A stretch of DNA of 64,000 bases from Gammaproteobacteria bacterium. Its GTDB lineage: Bacteria > Pseudomonadota > Gammaproteobacteria > UBA4575. The DNA is taken from positions 449,482 through 513,481 of the forward strand of contig JAJDYY010000008.1 in assembly GCA_022824965.1 (NCBI GenBank), read 5' to 3'. This document shows, one piece after another, positions 1 through 11,410 of the stretch; the stretch's first letter is position 1; every line of letters begins with the position of its first letter. The translations under genes were made by a program, and so were the position numbers. The notes under the pieces were generated by a model. The model had not been told where the DNA came from and ran no database searches. It saw only the letters and a program-made list of their open reading frames with translations.

Positions 1-348
1 TCCGCGTCCTGAAATAGCGCTTTTCCAGCCTGATGTCTTTAAAAAAATCGCGCGCGGCCAATTTCGACTATACAATCCAGTGTGCGACTCGGTGATGGTA
101 TCAAATATACGCCCCGGCTAGTACGGATACACTTTTTCCGCAGGTATTTCCTGCGGGTCTGATGGCACTCATTTGAGATCAGGAGGGTTCAAATGCAGGA
201 CCTGCCGCAGCCACGTGTTGGCGAATGCCGATATTCAAGTACAATACCCCGTTTCTTGCCTGTGGGAATCGACATTCATTCGGCCGGAGGCCGTCCACTT
301 CTTCATCTACAGGCAGCAATTCTGGCATCTCGATAGGGAGAAAATTTC

Positions 349-2355
349 ATGACCATGCACCACCTGCCCTTCACACTAGGTATCCTGGGCCTTGTCGTTT
401 CATTCTGGATTTACCGGTCGGTGCTGCGTTATCCCCAGGGCAGTAGCAAGGTTGTCGAGATATCGGACGCCATCCATGTCGGTGCGATGGCCTTTATGCG
501 TCGTGAGTACTCGATCCTGTTCATCTTTGCGGCTGCTGTCGCAGTCATGATCTGGTTCTCTGATCTGGGTTCCAATACAGCAATCTCGTTTGTTGTTGGT
601 GCACTGTGCTCATCGGCAGCCGGCTACATCGGCATGTACACGGCGACCCGTGCCAATGTTCGAACGACCGTGGCAGCCCACGAAAGAGGACGCGATGCCG
701 CACTCAACGTTGCCTTTATGGGCGGCTCCATCATGGGGCTCACCGTGGCAGCCATGGGCCTGCTGGGACTTGGCGCACTGTATTTGGCTTTTGGAAGGGA
801 CCCCGCTACAGCAAATGTCATCCATGGCTTTGGCATGGGCGCATCGGTTGTCGCCCTCTTCTCCCGGGTCGGTGGAGGAATCTATACAAAGAGTGCAGAC
901 GTGGGGGCAGACCTGGTTGGCAAGGTCGAGGCAGGTATCCCGGAAGATGATCCACGCAACCCCGGTGTCATTGCAGACAATGTCGGGGACAACGTCGGGG
1001 ATGTTGCCGGCATGGGATCGGATATTTTCGAGTCTTACTGCGGCTCGATCATCGCCACTGTGGCAATCTCTGCAACGCTGGCCCCGGCTGTCATTGAACG
1101 TCTGGGCGAGAGACAGGCCCTGATGTTCTTGCCGCTGGGTCTGGCTTCAACCGGCATTATCTGTTCGATCCTGGGAATTTTGCTGGTCAAGGTAGCCGCC
1201 CGCAAATCCCCTGCAACGGCACTTCGGATAGGGACCTTTTCTGCCGCAGTGATCTTTATCGTTGCGGCTTACTGGGTTGTACATGCACTTGGAATAGACA
1301 CCGGGGTGTGGGCTTCAGTACTGGCCGGGGCAGTCGGCGGAATCATTATTGGTCTGATCACTGAATATTACACCGGCGGCTCACCGGTCAGGAAGATTGC
1401 CAAAGGCGGGGACACTGGCCCTGCAACCGTCATCATTGCAGGCCTGGCAACAGGCACACAATCCGTAGTTGTACCCGTACTGAGCCTTGCCGCAATCATA
1501 TTCTTTGCAAATCAATTTGCTGACTTGTATGGGGTAGGTATTGCCGCAGTTGGCATGCTGGCCACCGTCGGTATCACGATGGCCATCGATGCCTATGGCC
1601 CCGTGGCAGATAACGCCGGCGGCATTGCAGAGATGGCCGAGCTTGGAGATGATGTACGGAAAATCACGGACGAGCTGGATGAAGTGGGCAACACCACGGC
1701 GGCCATAGGCAAGGGATTTGCAATTGGCGCAGCCACCTTGGCGGCACTTGCAATCATCACAGCCTTCCTCGCTGAAGTCAGTCACGGAAAAGAATCCATT
1801 ACCCTCGACCTGAGCGATCCCCAGGTTTTGATCGGTTTATTCATTGGCGGGGTATTTCCCTTTATCGTGGCATCTTTAACCATCACGGCTGTCGGAGATG
1901 CCGCTTTCGACATGATCAAGGAAATCCGCCGACAGTTTCACGAGATTCCCGGGCTGCTGGACGGTCAAGCCAAGCCCGACACGGTACGTTGCGTGGACAT
2001 TGCAACCACGGCAGCGCTCAAGCGCATGGTAACCCCAGGCTTGCTGGCCGTGATTGCACCCGTGGTCGTCGGCTTCGGTTTTGGCGCAAAGACGCTGGGC
2101 GGGATGCTGGGGGGTGCATTGCTCGGCTGTGTCCTGCTCGCACTGACCATGACCACTGCCGGGGGCGCTTGGGACAATGCGAAAAAGTATGTCGAAAAAG
2201 GAAATCTTGGCGGCAAGGGCTCCGATGTTCACAAGGCATTGGTCGTCGGTGACACGGTAGGGGATCCGCTAAAGGATACTTCCGGCCCGTCGATGAACAT
2301 TCTGATCAACGTGATGGCGATCGTGAGCCTTGTCATAGCACCACTCTTGCGATAG
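349..2355 (+). CDS. hppA: Membrane-bound proton-translocating pyrophosphatase (V-type H+-PPase)
   Basis: 668-aa polytopic membrane protein with hallmark H+-PPase motifs ([43 protein letters not shown]). The GNTTAA variant (Ala rather than Lys) suggests the K+-dependent subtype. Confidence 0.9.
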   Translation: MTMHHLPFTLGILGLVVSFWIYRSVLRYPQGSSKVVEISDAIHVGAMAFMRREYSILFIFAAAVAVMIWFSDLGSNTAISFVVGALCSSAAGYIGMYTATRANVRTTVAAHERGRDAALNVAFMGGSIMGLTVAAMGLLGLGALYLAFGRDPATANVIHGFGMGASVVALFSRVGGGIYTKSADVGADLVGKVEAGIPEDDPRNPGVIADNVGDNVGDVAGMGSDIFESYCGSIIATVAISATLAPAVIERLGERQALMFLPLGLASTGIICSILGILLVKVAARKSPATALRIGTFSAAVIFIVAAYWVVHALGIDTGVWASVLAGAVGGIIIGLITEYYTGGSPVRKIAKGGDTGPATVIIAGLATGTQSVVVPVLSLAAIIFFANQFADLYGVGIAAVGMLATVGITMAIDAYGPVADNAGGIAEMAELGDDVRKITDELDEVGNTTAAIGKGFAIGAATLAALAIITAFLAEVSHGKESITLDLSDPQVLIGLFIGGVFPFIVASLTITAVGDAAFDMIKEIRRQFHEIPGLLDGQAKPDTVRCVDIATTAALKRMVTPGLLAVIAPVVVGFGFGAKTLGGMLGGALLGCVLLALTMTTAGGAWDNAKKYVEKGNLGGKGSDVHKALVVGDTVGDPLKDTSGPSMNILINVMAIVSLVIAPLLR

Positions 2356-2484
2356 TTCCAAGGCGCCAGTCCGGGATCCTGCTCTTGTCGGGGTTTTACC
2401 TGGATGGCGTGTTCCCCAGGCCGCCCTGAAAATGCTGTGCCGCCCGTGCTACCATCACATGCCTGTTTTGCACGTCCACCCCCT

Positions 2485-4773
2485 ATGTCAAAAACAATCA
2501 GGAACAAGCTAGGTGCGTCCATCTTGGGAGGCATTTGCCTTGTGCTCCAGGCCGGCGGGCATGCGTCTGCCGAATATGGAAAGCGAAATGCCAGCCAGGA
2601 AAATCAAAGCTCCACGCATTTGGCCTGCCAAACAGCCTCCGGTCCTGAAACCGATGCTGCACCAAATCCCGGTGCGCCCGTACAGTTGAGTGCCGATCGA
2701 ATCGAACGCGATGGCAGCGGCACGGTGACCTTGCAGGGGGCAGTGCAGATAAGGCAGGGAACCCAGGTGCTGAATGCAGACCTGCTGCACTATCAAGAAC
2801 ATGACCAGACAGTGCAGGCCGATGGCGAAGTGCGTATTGAAGACGAGGAGTGGCTACTGGAAGGTGAGGGAGCGCAGCTAAACCTCGATACAGGCTACTT
2901 TAAATCGAGTTCCATTGCCTACCAGTACAAGCCGCTGCCTGCGCGCGGCCAAGCAGACCTCCTCGAACGGACTTCCAAGGATTTTGCCTACCTGGAAAAT
3001 GCAACCTACACCACCTGTGCCGAGGGGGACAACTCATGGGAACTCGCAGCCGGTGTACTTGAACTGGACAGAGCTTCGGGAGACGGGACAGGGAAAAAGG
3101 TCACCGCGCGATTCATGGGCGTCCCTGTTTTTTACACGCCATGGATACGATTTCCAATCGACAGCGCACGAAAATCAGGATTTCTGGCCCCGACCTTTGG
3201 AAATTCCAGCGATTCCGGTCCGAGCCTCGAAATTCCCTGGTACTGGAACATTGCTGCGAACCGAGACGCAGTCATCGCACCCCGTTTGCTCGCAGATCGC
3301 GGATTGCAACTGAAATCCAGCTACCGCCATCTGCATCAGGCGGGGCTGGCCCAAGTGGGCGTGGAGTACCTGGATGATCGGGAGTTCGATGACGATCGTT
3401 ATCTGGCATCCATCGAATACCAGGGAACCCTGACACCGGGGATCGAACTGGAACTCCTCTACAACCGGGCTTCTGACAGGATGTATTTTGAAGACCTGGG
3501 TGATGGCCTTGGCCTCAGCAGCACCCAGTATGTCGAGCAGTCGGGACGTTTGAGCTATCTGGGACAACACTGGGAACTCACGGCCTTCATGCAGGGTTTC
3601 CAGGGAGTGGATCCCAGTTTGAGCAGTGAAGAAGATCCTTTCAAGCGTCTTCCTCAACTCGAACTGAAGGGAAGCTACCTGTCTGCATCGGGCGGCTTTG
3701 ACTATTTCATCGAGAACGAATGGGTACGTTTTCAGCATGATGACAAAATCGATGGTGAGCGGCTTCATCTGCAGCTGGCTGTGGAACGGCCTTTCGAGAA
3801 TGCGGCCTATTTTGTCCGCCCCGGCATCCGCCTGAGCCATACCCGGTATGACCTGCATCGCAAGGATGGATTGGACGATGAGCCCACTCGGAGCGTGCCC
3901 AGTGCATACCTCGATACCGGGCTGAAATTCGAAAGGGAACTGAAGAATTCTTCGGCTGTCCAGACCCTTGAACCCCGCATCTACTATCTCCATACCCCGT
4001 TTCGCGACCAAACCGAGATACCGCTTTTCGACACCAAGGAATATGAATTCGGATTCGAACAGCTTTTCCGCAGCAGGAGTTTCAGTGGACACGACCGTTT
4101 CGGGGAAGCGGACCATCTGAGCATAGGCATGACGTCGCGAATCCTGAACACGGCCAATGGCAGGGAGAAATTGCGAGCCAGTGTCGGGCGCATATTCTAT
4201 TTCAGGGATCGGAAAACGTGGAGGCCGGATACACCTCAGCAGCGCAGCCCGTCCTCAGAAGTAGCCGCAGAACTGAAGCTTGGTCTCAGTGAGCATTGGG
4301 AAGCCATCGCTTCGACCCTGCTGGATACCCGAAATGATCGTACACAGAGAAACTCCGTGCGCTTCCACTACCGGGATGAAAATGGCAGGTTGCTGAATCT
4401 GGCCTACCGTTATCGACATAAAAGCACGGAGCCGCTTGATCCGGTCACAAACCGGCAACAAAGCCTGGAACAGTCCGACTTCTCCATGGTGTTGCCCCTG
4501 AACAAACACTGGCGGACCGTAACGCGCTGGAATTATGACCTGCAGAACAACCGCAACCTCGAATTGCTTGCCGGACTTGAGTATGAAACCTGTTGCTGGA
4601 AGCTTCGCCTGGCGGGAAGACGCTATAGTCAAAATGTGAACGAGGACTATAATACCAGCGTGGAATTCCAGCTGGTTCTGAAGGGGCTGGGACAGATCGG
4701 TTCACCCCTGGGTGAATTGCTGAAACGTGGAGTACGCGGGTACGATGACAAAGACGATCACAATTTTTTCTAG
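2485..4773 (+). CDS. lptD: LPS-assembly outer membrane protein LptD (OstA/Imp)
   Basis: Signal peptide, N-terminal OstA-like domain and long C-terminal beta-barrel region. Sits upstream of surA-pdxA-ksgA as in the canonical cluster. The ORF opens at 2404; the signal-peptide Met at 2485 is the likely start. Confidence 0.85.
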   Translation: MSKTIRNKLGASILGGICLVLQAGGHASAEYGKRNASQENQSSTHLACQTASGPETDAAPNPGAPVQLSADRIERDGSGTVTLQGAVQIRQGTQVLNADLLHYQEHDQTVQADGEVRIEDEEWLLEGEGAQLNLDTGYFKSSSIAYQYKPLPARGQADLLERTSKDFAYLENATYTTCAEGDNSWELAAGVLELDRASGDGTGKKVTARFMGVPVFYTPWIRFPIDSARKSGFLAPTFGNSSDSGPSLEIPWYWNIAANRDAVIAPRLLADRGLQLKSSYRHLHQAGLAQVGVEYLDDREFDDDRYLASIEYQGTLTPGIELELLYNRASDRMYFEDLGDGLGLSSTQYVEQSGRLSYLGQHWELTAFMQGFQGVDPSLSSEEDPFKRLPQLELKGSYLSASGGFDYFIENEWVRFQHDDKIDGERLHLQLAVERPFENAAYFVRPGIRLSHTRYDLHRKDGLDDEPTRSVPSAYLDTGLKFERELKNSSAVQTLEPRIYYLHTPFRDQTEIPLFDTKEYEFGFEQLFRSRSFSGHDRFGEADHLSIGMTSRILNTANGREKLRASVGRIFYFRDRKTWRPDTPQQRSPSSEVAAELKLGLSEHWEAIASTLLDTRNDRTQRNSVRFHYRDENGRLLNLAYRYRHKSTEPLDPVTNRQQSLEQSDFSMVLPLNKHWRTVTRWNYDLQNNRNLELLAGLEYETCCWKLRLAGRRYSQNVNEDYNTSVEFQLVLKGLGQIGSPLGELLKRGVRGYDDKDDHNFF

Positions 4774-4813
4774 AATTCCCTTGCATCCTCATCGTTGAAA
4801 CTGCGATACCAGA

Positions 4814-6100
4814 ATGAAACAACTCCTGTATATATTGGGTGTCGCGCTGCTGATTTCCGGCACCAGCGCAAGTGCGCTTGACCGGATCGTGGCGGTCGTG
4901 GAAAACGATGTCGTCATGGAAAGCGAGCTCCGCCAACGCATACAAGTGCTGGTAAGACAATTCAACCAAAACCGCAGCGCACTTCCTCCCAGAGACGTCC
5001 TGATCGAACAGGTACTGCAGCGCTTAATCGTGGAACGCCTGCAACTGCAGCTTGCAGAGCGCCGCGGGATACAGATCGATGTGCTGACCCTGGATCAGGC
5101 AATGCGCAGCCTGGCAAAGCGCAACAACATGAACCTCGAGCAGTTTCGTGACACTCTGCTGCAACAGGGATTGGATTATGTCGTGTTCAGAAACCAGATC
5201 AGGGACGAGATGATCATAGAGCAGTTGCGCCAGCGCATCATTGATCAGAATATCCAGGTATCAGAAGCCGAGATTGAGGATCTGCTCACTCGATCGGAGA
5301 GTGAGCTGTTGCAAAAAGAACGTGAATATCATGTAGCACATATACTGATTGCACTTCCGGAGGGCCCGACACCAGAACAAGTAAAACATGCCGCAAACCG
5401 TGCCTCAGCAGTACATGAGAGGGCTGCATCCGGCAACAATTTCACCCAGCTGGCCATTGCCGCTTCCGATGCCCAGGATGCACTACAGGGCGGTGACCTG
5501 GGTTGGCGGGATCAGGCACAACTGCCCCAGCCTTTCTTGCAGCAAATCAACCAGATGAGCCCGGGGCAAGTCAGTAAAATCATTCAGAGTCCTTCGGGAT
5601 TTCATATCTTCAAACTTCTGGATCAACGCGAATTCCAAAAAGAAACCGTGGTGGACCAGGTGCTGGCACGCCATATCCTGATCCGCACGAATGCCCTGCT
5701 GTCTGAAGAAGCTGCCGAGACAAAACTGAAAGACATCAAGTCAAGGGTAGAGGCGGGTGAGGATTTTGGAGAACTTGCAAAGGAATACTCCGAGGACCTG
5801 AGCAGCGCTTTCAATGGCGGTCAATTGGGGTGGTCGGTCTCGGGTACTTTTGTACCCGAATTCGGGAATGTTGTTGACAGCCTGGAGCCCAAGCAGATCA
5901 GTGAGCCGTTTCGCACCCAGTTCGGCTGGCACATTGTGCAGTTACTGGACGTGCGCAAACATGACAATACCAGGGAAGCAATTCGTGCCGAGGCTCAGGC
6001 ACAGATCAGGCAACGAAAAATTGAGGAAGAAACCGAGCTGTGGCTCAGGCGACTTCGTGACGAAAGTTATATAGAAAATCGGTTGCACTCCTCTAACTGA
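4814..6100 (+). CDS. surA: Periplasmic chaperone / peptidyl-prolyl isomerase SurA
   Basis: Signal peptide, SurA N-terminal domain and two parvulin-like PPIase domains (GGDLGW...FHI, GGQLGW...WHIV). Conserved position between lptD and pdxA. Confidence 0.9.
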   Translation: MKQLLYILGVALLISGTSASALDRIVAVVENDVVMESELRQRIQVLVRQFNQNRSALPPRDVLIEQVLQRLIVERLQLQLAERRGIQIDVLTLDQAMRSLAKRNNMNLEQFRDTLLQQGLDYVVFRNQIRDEMIIEQLRQRIIDQNIQVSEAEIEDLLTRSESELLQKEREYHVAHILIALPEGPTPEQVKHAANRASAVHERAASGNNFTQLAIAASDAQDALQGGDLGWRDQAQLPQPFLQQINQMSPGQVSKIIQSPSGFHIFKLLDQREFQKETVVDQVLARHILIRTNALLSEEAAETKLKDIKSRVEAGEDFGELAKEYSEDLSSAFNGGQLGWSVSGTFVPEFGNVVDSLEPKQISEPFRTQFGWHIVQLLDVRKHDNTREAIRAEAQAQIRQRKIEEETELWLRRLRDESYIENRLHSSN

Positions 6101-6139
6101 CCCTGGCTTGCAAGCCGCCTGCGTTCGCTGACAGCTGCC

Positions 6140-7162
6140 ATGCAACCCATCCCCCACATTGCCGTAACGCCCGGCGAACCTGCCGGAATCGGACCGGAAA
6201 TTGTGCTCAAGCTTGCCCGGCAACCGCTTGCATTCGAGATTGTCGCTGTTGCCAGTAAAGCACTGCTGGCCAATCTCGCCAGGCAATTGGGCATCGACGT
6301 GTCCGTCAGCAACTTCAACCCGAAGGACCTGCCGGCACCACACGATCCGGGGCATCTCAAGGTTATCGATGTTCCCGTCCCGAATCAGGTTATCCCCGGA
6401 GAGCCGGATGTCGAAAATTCTGGTTACGTCATCGAGACCCTGAACACTGCAATCGGACTCGTGCGCGAAGGTATGTGCCAGGCAGTAACCACCGGCCCTG
6501 TACAAAAAAGCATCATCAACGAAGCAGGTATTTCCTTTTCAGGGCATACAGAATTCTTTGCTGAGAAAACCGGAGGCAATCCGGTCATGCTGCTCAGCAA
6601 TGAGATGGGCAACACAGAAAATACGCAGATACTGCGTGTAGCACTTTTGACCACTCACCTGGCAATTGCCGATGTGCCTGCCCAGATAACCGCGCAACGC
6701 ATCGAAGAAGTGCTGGGAGTCTTGCATCATGCTTTGCTTCATCGTTTCGGTATCGAAAAACCGTTTATCAGCGTATGCGGATTGAACCCCCATGCAGGCG
6801 AGAACGGGCATCTGGGATCAGAAGAGATCGAAATCATCAGCCCGTCACTTGACCGGCTCCGCAGGCAAGGTATGCAACTGGAGGGCCCGGTCCCTGCCGA
6901 CACTGCCTTTGCCCCAGAGAAACTCCGCACAAGGGATGCGATCGTTGTCATGTACCATGACCAGGGTTTACCCGTGATAAAGTACAGCGGCTTTGGGAAT
7001 CTCGTCAACGTGACCCTGGGTCTGCCCATGATCCGCACCTCCGTGGATCATGGCACTGCACTCGATATTGCAGGACAAGGAATCGCAGATGCTGGTAGCA
7101 TCCGTATTGCGGTAGAGATGGCCGCAAAGATGGCAGCAACGGGCTCCAGCAAATCAAAGTAA
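6140..7162 (+). CDS. pdxA: 4-hydroxythreonine-4-phosphate dehydrogenase
   Basis: Full-length PdxA-type sequence (ITPGEPAGIGPE..., HTEF, NPHAGENGHLG, DHGTALDIAG) in the conserved synteny. Confidence 0.9.
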   Translation: MQPIPHIAVTPGEPAGIGPEIVLKLARQPLAFEIVAVASKALLANLARQLGIDVSVSNFNPKDLPAPHDPGHLKVIDVPVPNQVIPGEPDVENSGYVIETLNTAIGLVREGMCQAVTTGPVQKSIINEAGISFSGHTEFFAEKTGGNPVMLLSNEMGNTENTQILRVALLTTHLAIADVPAQITAQRIEEVLGVLHHALLHRFGIEKPFISVCGLNPHAGENGHLGSEEIEIISPSLDRLRRQGMQLEGPVPADTAFAPEKLRTRDAIVVMYHDQGLPVIKYSGFGNLVNVTLGLPMIRTSVDHGTALDIAGQGIADAGSIRIAVEMAAKMAATGSSKSK

Positions 7163-7199
7163 GAATGCGGCTTAATCACTTCTATCCCAACCAAGGCAG

Positions 7200-7787
7200 A
7201 TGAATCACCCAAACAAATCCATACGGTTCGCTGTACTGCTGGCTTGTTGTTATATCCCTGCAGCGTTTCCCGTGGACCTGGAGCGCTTCATTACCATTTC
7301 CAGTACTGAAGAGTTCGAATTGCTTCGCGGCAGTGTGATTGCATTCAAATTCAATCCCCTTTCCAGCAAGGCCCGAGCCTTGGAAATTACGGAAAATGCT
7401 TCCTCCCTGGGGGTTGCCCACCTCGGCCAGCTCGTGCTCAAGGAAAACTCTACTCCCCTAGCCGCCTTGCGCAGCATTGCGAACCAGATCGGGAAAAGTC
7501 TGGAGTTGAGGTTCGGTGTCATCACAGACTCGACAGCATCGGATGTCCTGAAGGAGAGCAAACAACTGCTGCTTTACCATCCGGATATCACGATTACCCT
7601 GAGCCTGGTAAAACCGATTGAGCAGGCACATTTTGAAATTGTCTGTACCTATGCGGTTCGAGATACAAAAACCCAGGTGCCGGGCGAAGTCGCAGACCCT
7701 AAACCTGCAGAACCCGCAGAAGTTGCAGCCAGCACAGAGACTGCCACGGCTGCACCGCCTGCTGATAAGCCGGCACACCCGCATTGA
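7200..7787 (+). CDS. Hypothetical exported protein inserted between pdxA and ksgA, with a Pro/Ala/Glu-rich C-terminal tail
   Basis: 195-aa ORF with a hydrophobic N-terminus (IRFAVLLACCYIPAAF) and a low-complexity tail (PKPAEPAEVAASTETATAAPPADKPAHPH). No family recognised. It fills a junction that is normally tight or overlapping between pdxA and ksgA. Confidence 0.4.
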   Translation: MNHPNKSIRFAVLLACCYIPAAFPVDLERFITISSTEEFELLRGSVIAFKFNPLSSKARALEITENASSLGVAHLGQLVLKENSTPLAALRSIANQIGKSLELRFGVITDSTASDVLKESKQLLLYHPDITITLSLVKPIEQAHFEIVCTYAVRDTKTQVPGEVADPKPAEPAEVAASTETATAAPPADKPAHPH

Positions 7788-7845
7788 CTTGCCGTTTCAG
7801 CGTGTACCGGGCGCTGGGCAATTCATTCGGGAACCTGCAGCGGCC

Positions 7846-8619
7846 ATGAAACTCAACAAACGACTGGGACAGCATCTGCTGACAGACGAATCCACAATCT
7901 CTGCGATCACGCAGGCCATCGCCCCAGCCCCAGAGCAGAACATTTGTGAAATCGGCCCAGGACTCGGCGCCATCACCCGGCCCGTACTGAAAGCGGCGGG
8001 TGCCATGCATGCCATTGAAATCGACCAAACCCTGTCTGAAGAACTGCTCAAGCTGTGCCGTGGGATTGGTCAATTGACCCTGCACCAGGGTGATGTTCTG
8101 GAGTTTGACTTCCATTGCATTTCCGAGGCAGACCGGCCGATTCGCCTGATTGGCAATTTGCCTTACAACATTTCAACCCCGCTGTTATTTCACCTGCTGC
8201 AATTTTCCGAAATAATTTCCGACATGCATTTCATGCTTCAGAAAGAAGTTGCCGAAAGAATCACGGCAGTGCCAAACATCTCAGCGTACAGCCGGCTCAG
8301 TGTAATCATGCAGAGCAGCTATAAAGTGGAAAGCCTGTTTGATATAGCCCCTCACTTGTTCTCGCCGCCGCCCAAAGTAACCTCGTGCTTCATACGCATG
8401 CTTCCCGACCCGGTCACATCGGCAAAGATCCGTGACCGAACGCTGTTCAGTCAGCTGGTGAAAACTGCCTTCCAGCAAAGGCGCAAAACCATCAAGAACA
8501 GCCTAGCCAAGGAGGTCACGGAAAAAGAACTGCAACAGGCTGACATTGACCCTCGCCGTAGACCGCAGGAAATACCCGTACAGCAGTATATAAATCTTGC
8601 CAACCTTCTCTCAGGGTGA
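7846..8619 (+). CDS. rsmA: 16S rRNA (adenine1518-N6/adenine1519-N6)-dimethyltransferase
   Basis: KsgA/RsmA sequence (GQHLLTDEST..., EIGPGLGAITRPVL, NLPYNISTPLLFHLL). The ORF opens at 7618, but homology begins at the Met at 7846. Confidence 0.9.
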   Translation: MKLNKRLGQHLLTDESTISAITQAIAPAPEQNICEIGPGLGAITRPVLKAAGAMHAIEIDQTLSEELLKLCRGIGQLTLHQGDVLEFDFHCISEADRPIRLIGNLPYNISTPLLFHLLQFSEIISDMHFMLQKEVAERITAVPNISAYSRLSVIMQSSYKVESLFDIAPHLFSPPPKVTSCFIRMLPDPVTSAKIRDRTLFSQLVKTAFQQRRKTIKNSLAKEVTEKELQQADIDPRRRPQEIPVQQYINLANLLSG

Positions 8620-8666
8620 TATGTTTTTTTTGAAACAAGCTCGGTGCAAATGCATCAACAAGCACT

Positions 8667-9044
8667 GTGGAAAAATCAGAAATTCATAATATAGATGTAA
8701 GTGTGGACAGTGCATTTATCGAAGCCGATGAACGGCAAAACAAGTTTGTTTTTGCCTACACAGTAACTATACATAACACGGGGCTCGTGCCGGCCCGGCT
8801 CATGACACGCCACTGGATCATCACGGATTCCAATGGCAAGACCCAGGAAGTGAAAGGTGAAGGTGTAGTAGGAGAACAGCCCTATCTGCGCCCGGGTGAG
8901 GCCTTTCAATACACCAGCGGAACCATGCTGGAAACACCGGTGGGCACGATGCAGGGCAGCTACCAGATGGTGAGCGATGACGGCACAAAATTTGATGCAG
9001 AAATCAACCCGTTCACCTTGGCTGCACCCCGTACGTTGCACTAG
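8667..9044 (+). CDS. apaG: ApaG (DUF525) protein
   Basis: 125-aa ApaG-like sequence (FAYTVTIHNTG..., HWIITDSNGKTQEVKGEGVVGEQP) in the conserved position before apaH. Confidence 0.85.
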   Translation: MEKSEIHNIDVSVDSAFIEADERQNKFVFAYTVTIHNTGLVPARLMTRHWIITDSNGKTQEVKGEGVVGEQPYLRPGEAFQYTSGTMLETPVGTMQGSYQMVSDDGTKFDAEINPFTLAAPRTLH

Positions 9045-9192
9045 CGCACAGTCCTTTACCGTCCGATCCTCGTACCTGAAAAACACGCCTGGATTTGTGT
9101 TGTGATCGGGCCGCGGAGTTCATAGCATCTGGGTTGCCTTAGCTCAAATGCAACCTTCCAGGTTTTCCAATACCGCTAACTGAAGTTCTATC

Positions 9193-10065
9193 ATGGCCAT
9201 CTACGCTGTTGGAGATGTACAGGGCTGCTTTGATGAACTGACTGCGCTGGTTGATAAAATTGGATTTGATCCGAAGTTCGATGAACTGTGGTTCGTCGGT
9301 GACCTGGTCAATCGGGGTCCGAAATCACTTGAAACGCTTCGCTGGGTCAAGTCGCTGGGCAAGTCGGCAACCACCGTGCTGGGCAACCACGATCTTCACC
9401 TGCTGGCCGCCCACGCCAATATAAGACCGACTACAGAATCCGGCAGCCTCGCCGCAATCCTCGATGCCGGCGATGCAGATGAACTCATTGACTGGTTAAG
9501 GCATCGCCCTTTGCTGCATTTCGACAGCAAGCTCAATATCGCCATGGTGCATGCAGGGGTCATCCCTCAATGGAGTATTGTGGATGCGATCGCACGTGCA
9601 ACCGAAGTGGAAACCGTTCTTCGTTCCAGCAACTACCGGGACTTCCTCAAGAACATGTATGGAGATACGCCCAGTCAGTGGTGCGAAACCCTGGGTGGCT
9701 GGGACCGGTTGCGCGTGATCACCAACTCCTTCACGCGGCTGCGTTACTGCGACCCCCAAGGGGTGATGAGCCTGGCGGAAAAAGGACCGCCCGGCACACA
9801 AGGTCCGGGGGTGCAGCCCTGGTACGAGGTCAGTTCACGAAAAAGCCAAGCGACCACCATTGTGTTCGGACACTGGTCGACACTGGGCTATCAGGACGAA
9901 AACAATGTCATCTCCACCGATACGGGATGTCTTTGGGGCGGTGCCCTGACGGCAGTAAAAATCAGTGAGGCCGAACGAAGAAAATATCAGATTGCCTGTG
10001 AGGCCAAGCGCGCCATTCCGGCAACTGCGGCCTCGTACCACGGTTCTTCCGTAACTCCGCACTGA
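9193..10065 (+). CDS. apaH: Bis(5'-nucleosyl)-tetraphosphatase, symmetrical
   Basis: Metallophosphoesterase motifs (YAVGDVQGC, FVGDLVNRGP, GNHD) and typical ApaH length and order after apaG. Confidence 0.9.
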   Translation: MAIYAVGDVQGCFDELTALVDKIGFDPKFDELWFVGDLVNRGPKSLETLRWVKSLGKSATTVLGNHDLHLLAAHANIRPTTESGSLAAILDAGDADELIDWLRHRPLLHFDSKLNIAMVHAGVIPQWSIVDAIARATEVETVLRSSNYRDFLKNMYGDTPSQWCETLGGWDRLRVITNSFTRLRYCDPQGVMSLAEKGPPGTQGPGVQPWYEVSSRKSQATTIVFGHWSTLGYQDENNVISTDTGCLWGGALTAVKISEAERRKYQIACEAKRAIPATAASYHGSSVTPH

Positions 10066-10100
10066 ACCTGGAATCAGGCGGGCCGGTGCGCCGATACCGG

Positions 10101-10613
10101 TCAGTCGCTGGTGCTGGCGCCCATTCGCCGATACTGGACATACTCCAGGTCATAGCAGTTCTTCTCGTCCTTGTGGCGAAATTCACGGTGTACCTCCTGC
10201 CAGTCATCTTCATCCCATGGCGGGAAATAGGTATCCCCTTCCAGGTCGGCATGCACGAAGGTCAGGCACAGCTGCTGTGCGAAGGGCAGCACAAGTGCAT
10301 GCACTTCAGCCCCGCCGATCACGAAAATTTTATCCGCACCTGCCAGCAGGGCCTCGGCCTCGGCCCAGCCGGTCACAACATCACAACCCTTCGCAGGGTA
10401 CTTTCGGTTTCGGCTGAGAACCACGTGCCGCCGGCCGGGCAATACCCCCGGCAGCGATTCAAAGGTTTTTCGTCCCATCACCATGGGGTGGCCCATGGTG
10501 ACCCGCTTGAAGCGTTGCAGGTCTGCGGGCAAATGCCAGGGCATCGAATTATTTTTCCCAATGACACCCTGATGGGTCATGGCGGCAATTACAATGATCT
10601 CCGCCTCAGGCAC
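10101..10613 (-). CDS. folA: Dihydrofolate reductase
   Basis: DHFR signature (IVIAAMTHQGVIGKNNSMPWHLPADLQRFKRVTMGHPMVMGRKTFESL). Shares a 1-nt junction with thyA. Confidence 0.9.
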   Translation of the reverse strand: MPEAEIIVIAAMTHQGVIGKNNSMPWHLPADLQRFKRVTMGHPMVMGRKTFESLPGVLPGRRHVVLSRNRKYPAKGCDVVTGWAEAEALLAGADKIFVIGGAEVHALVLPFAQQLCLTFVHADLEGDTYFPPWDEDDWQEVHREFRHKDEKNCYDLEYVQYRRMGASTSD

Positions 10614-11407
10614 TAGACGGCTACCGGGGCTGGGATATGCTCATGGCACTGATAATTCTGCAATTCAAAATCTTCATACACGAAATCAAAAATCGAATTG
10701 ACTTCCGGGTTGATGTGCATCCTAGGTAATTCAAAAGGGGTGCGTTTCAGTTGCTTGCGTGCCTGCTCGAAATGATTGTTATAGAGGTGTACGTCGCCAA
10801 ACGTGTGTACCAGTTCGCCGACCTGGTGGCCAGTTACCTGGGCGACCATCTGCAACAGCAGTGCATAGGAGGCAATGTTAAACGGCACACCCAGAAAAAC
10901 GTCTGCGCTGCGCTGGTAGAGCTGACACGAAAGCCGGTTCTGGGCAACATAGAATTGAAAAAAAGCATGGCACGGCGGCAACGCCATGGCATCCAGTGCA
11001 CCCACATTCCATGCACTGACAATGTGTCTCCTTGATGAAGGGTTTTCTTTCAGATTCTCGATCAGCGCACTGATCTGGTCCACGGTCCTGCCGTCTGCAC
11101 AGGGCCAGTTTCGCCACTGTGAACCATAAACCGGGCCCAACTCTCCATTTTCATCTGCCCACTGGTCCCAGATCGAAACGCCGTTTCTCTGCAGGTAGGA
11201 AATATTGGTCTCGCCTCTCAGAAACCACAACAGTTCGTGGATGATTGACTTCAGGTGGAGTTTTTTGGTTGTCAGAAGAGGAAACCCCTCGGTTAGATTG
11301 AACCTCATCTGATAACCGAATACGGATACCGTGCCGGTACCCGTACGGTCCCCCTTTTCCACGCCTTTTTCCATGACATGGCTCAACAGTTCGAGGTATT
11401 GCTGCAT
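10613..11407 (-). CDS. thyA: Thymidylate synthase
   Basis: Near-canonical ThyA sequence ([38 protein letters not shown]..., active-site region [12 protein letters not shown]). Confidence 0.95.
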   Translation of the reverse strand: MQQYLELLSHVMEKGVEKGDRTGTGTVSVFGYQMRFNLTEGFPLLTTKKLHLKSIIHELLWFLRGETNISYLQRNGVSIWDQWADENGELGPVYGSQWRNWPCADGRTVDQISALIENLKENPSSRRHIVSAWNVGALDAMALPPCHAFFQFYVAQNRLSCQLYQRSADVFLGVPFNIASYALLLQMVAQVTGHQVGELVHTFGDVHLYNNHFEQARKQLKRTPFELPRMHINPEVNSIFDFVYEDFELQNYQCHEHIPAPVAV

Positions 11408-11410
11408 GGC

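Noticed and set aside
138-156. Perfect 7-bp inverted repeat CCGCAGG-tattt-CCTGCGG upstream of hppA
   Set aside because: No adjacent U-run on either strand, so it is not a convincing terminator. It could be a protein-binding palindrome but there is no supporting context.
3175-4116. 313-aa ORF on the - strand
   Set aside because: It is embedded antisense in lptD with no domain signature.
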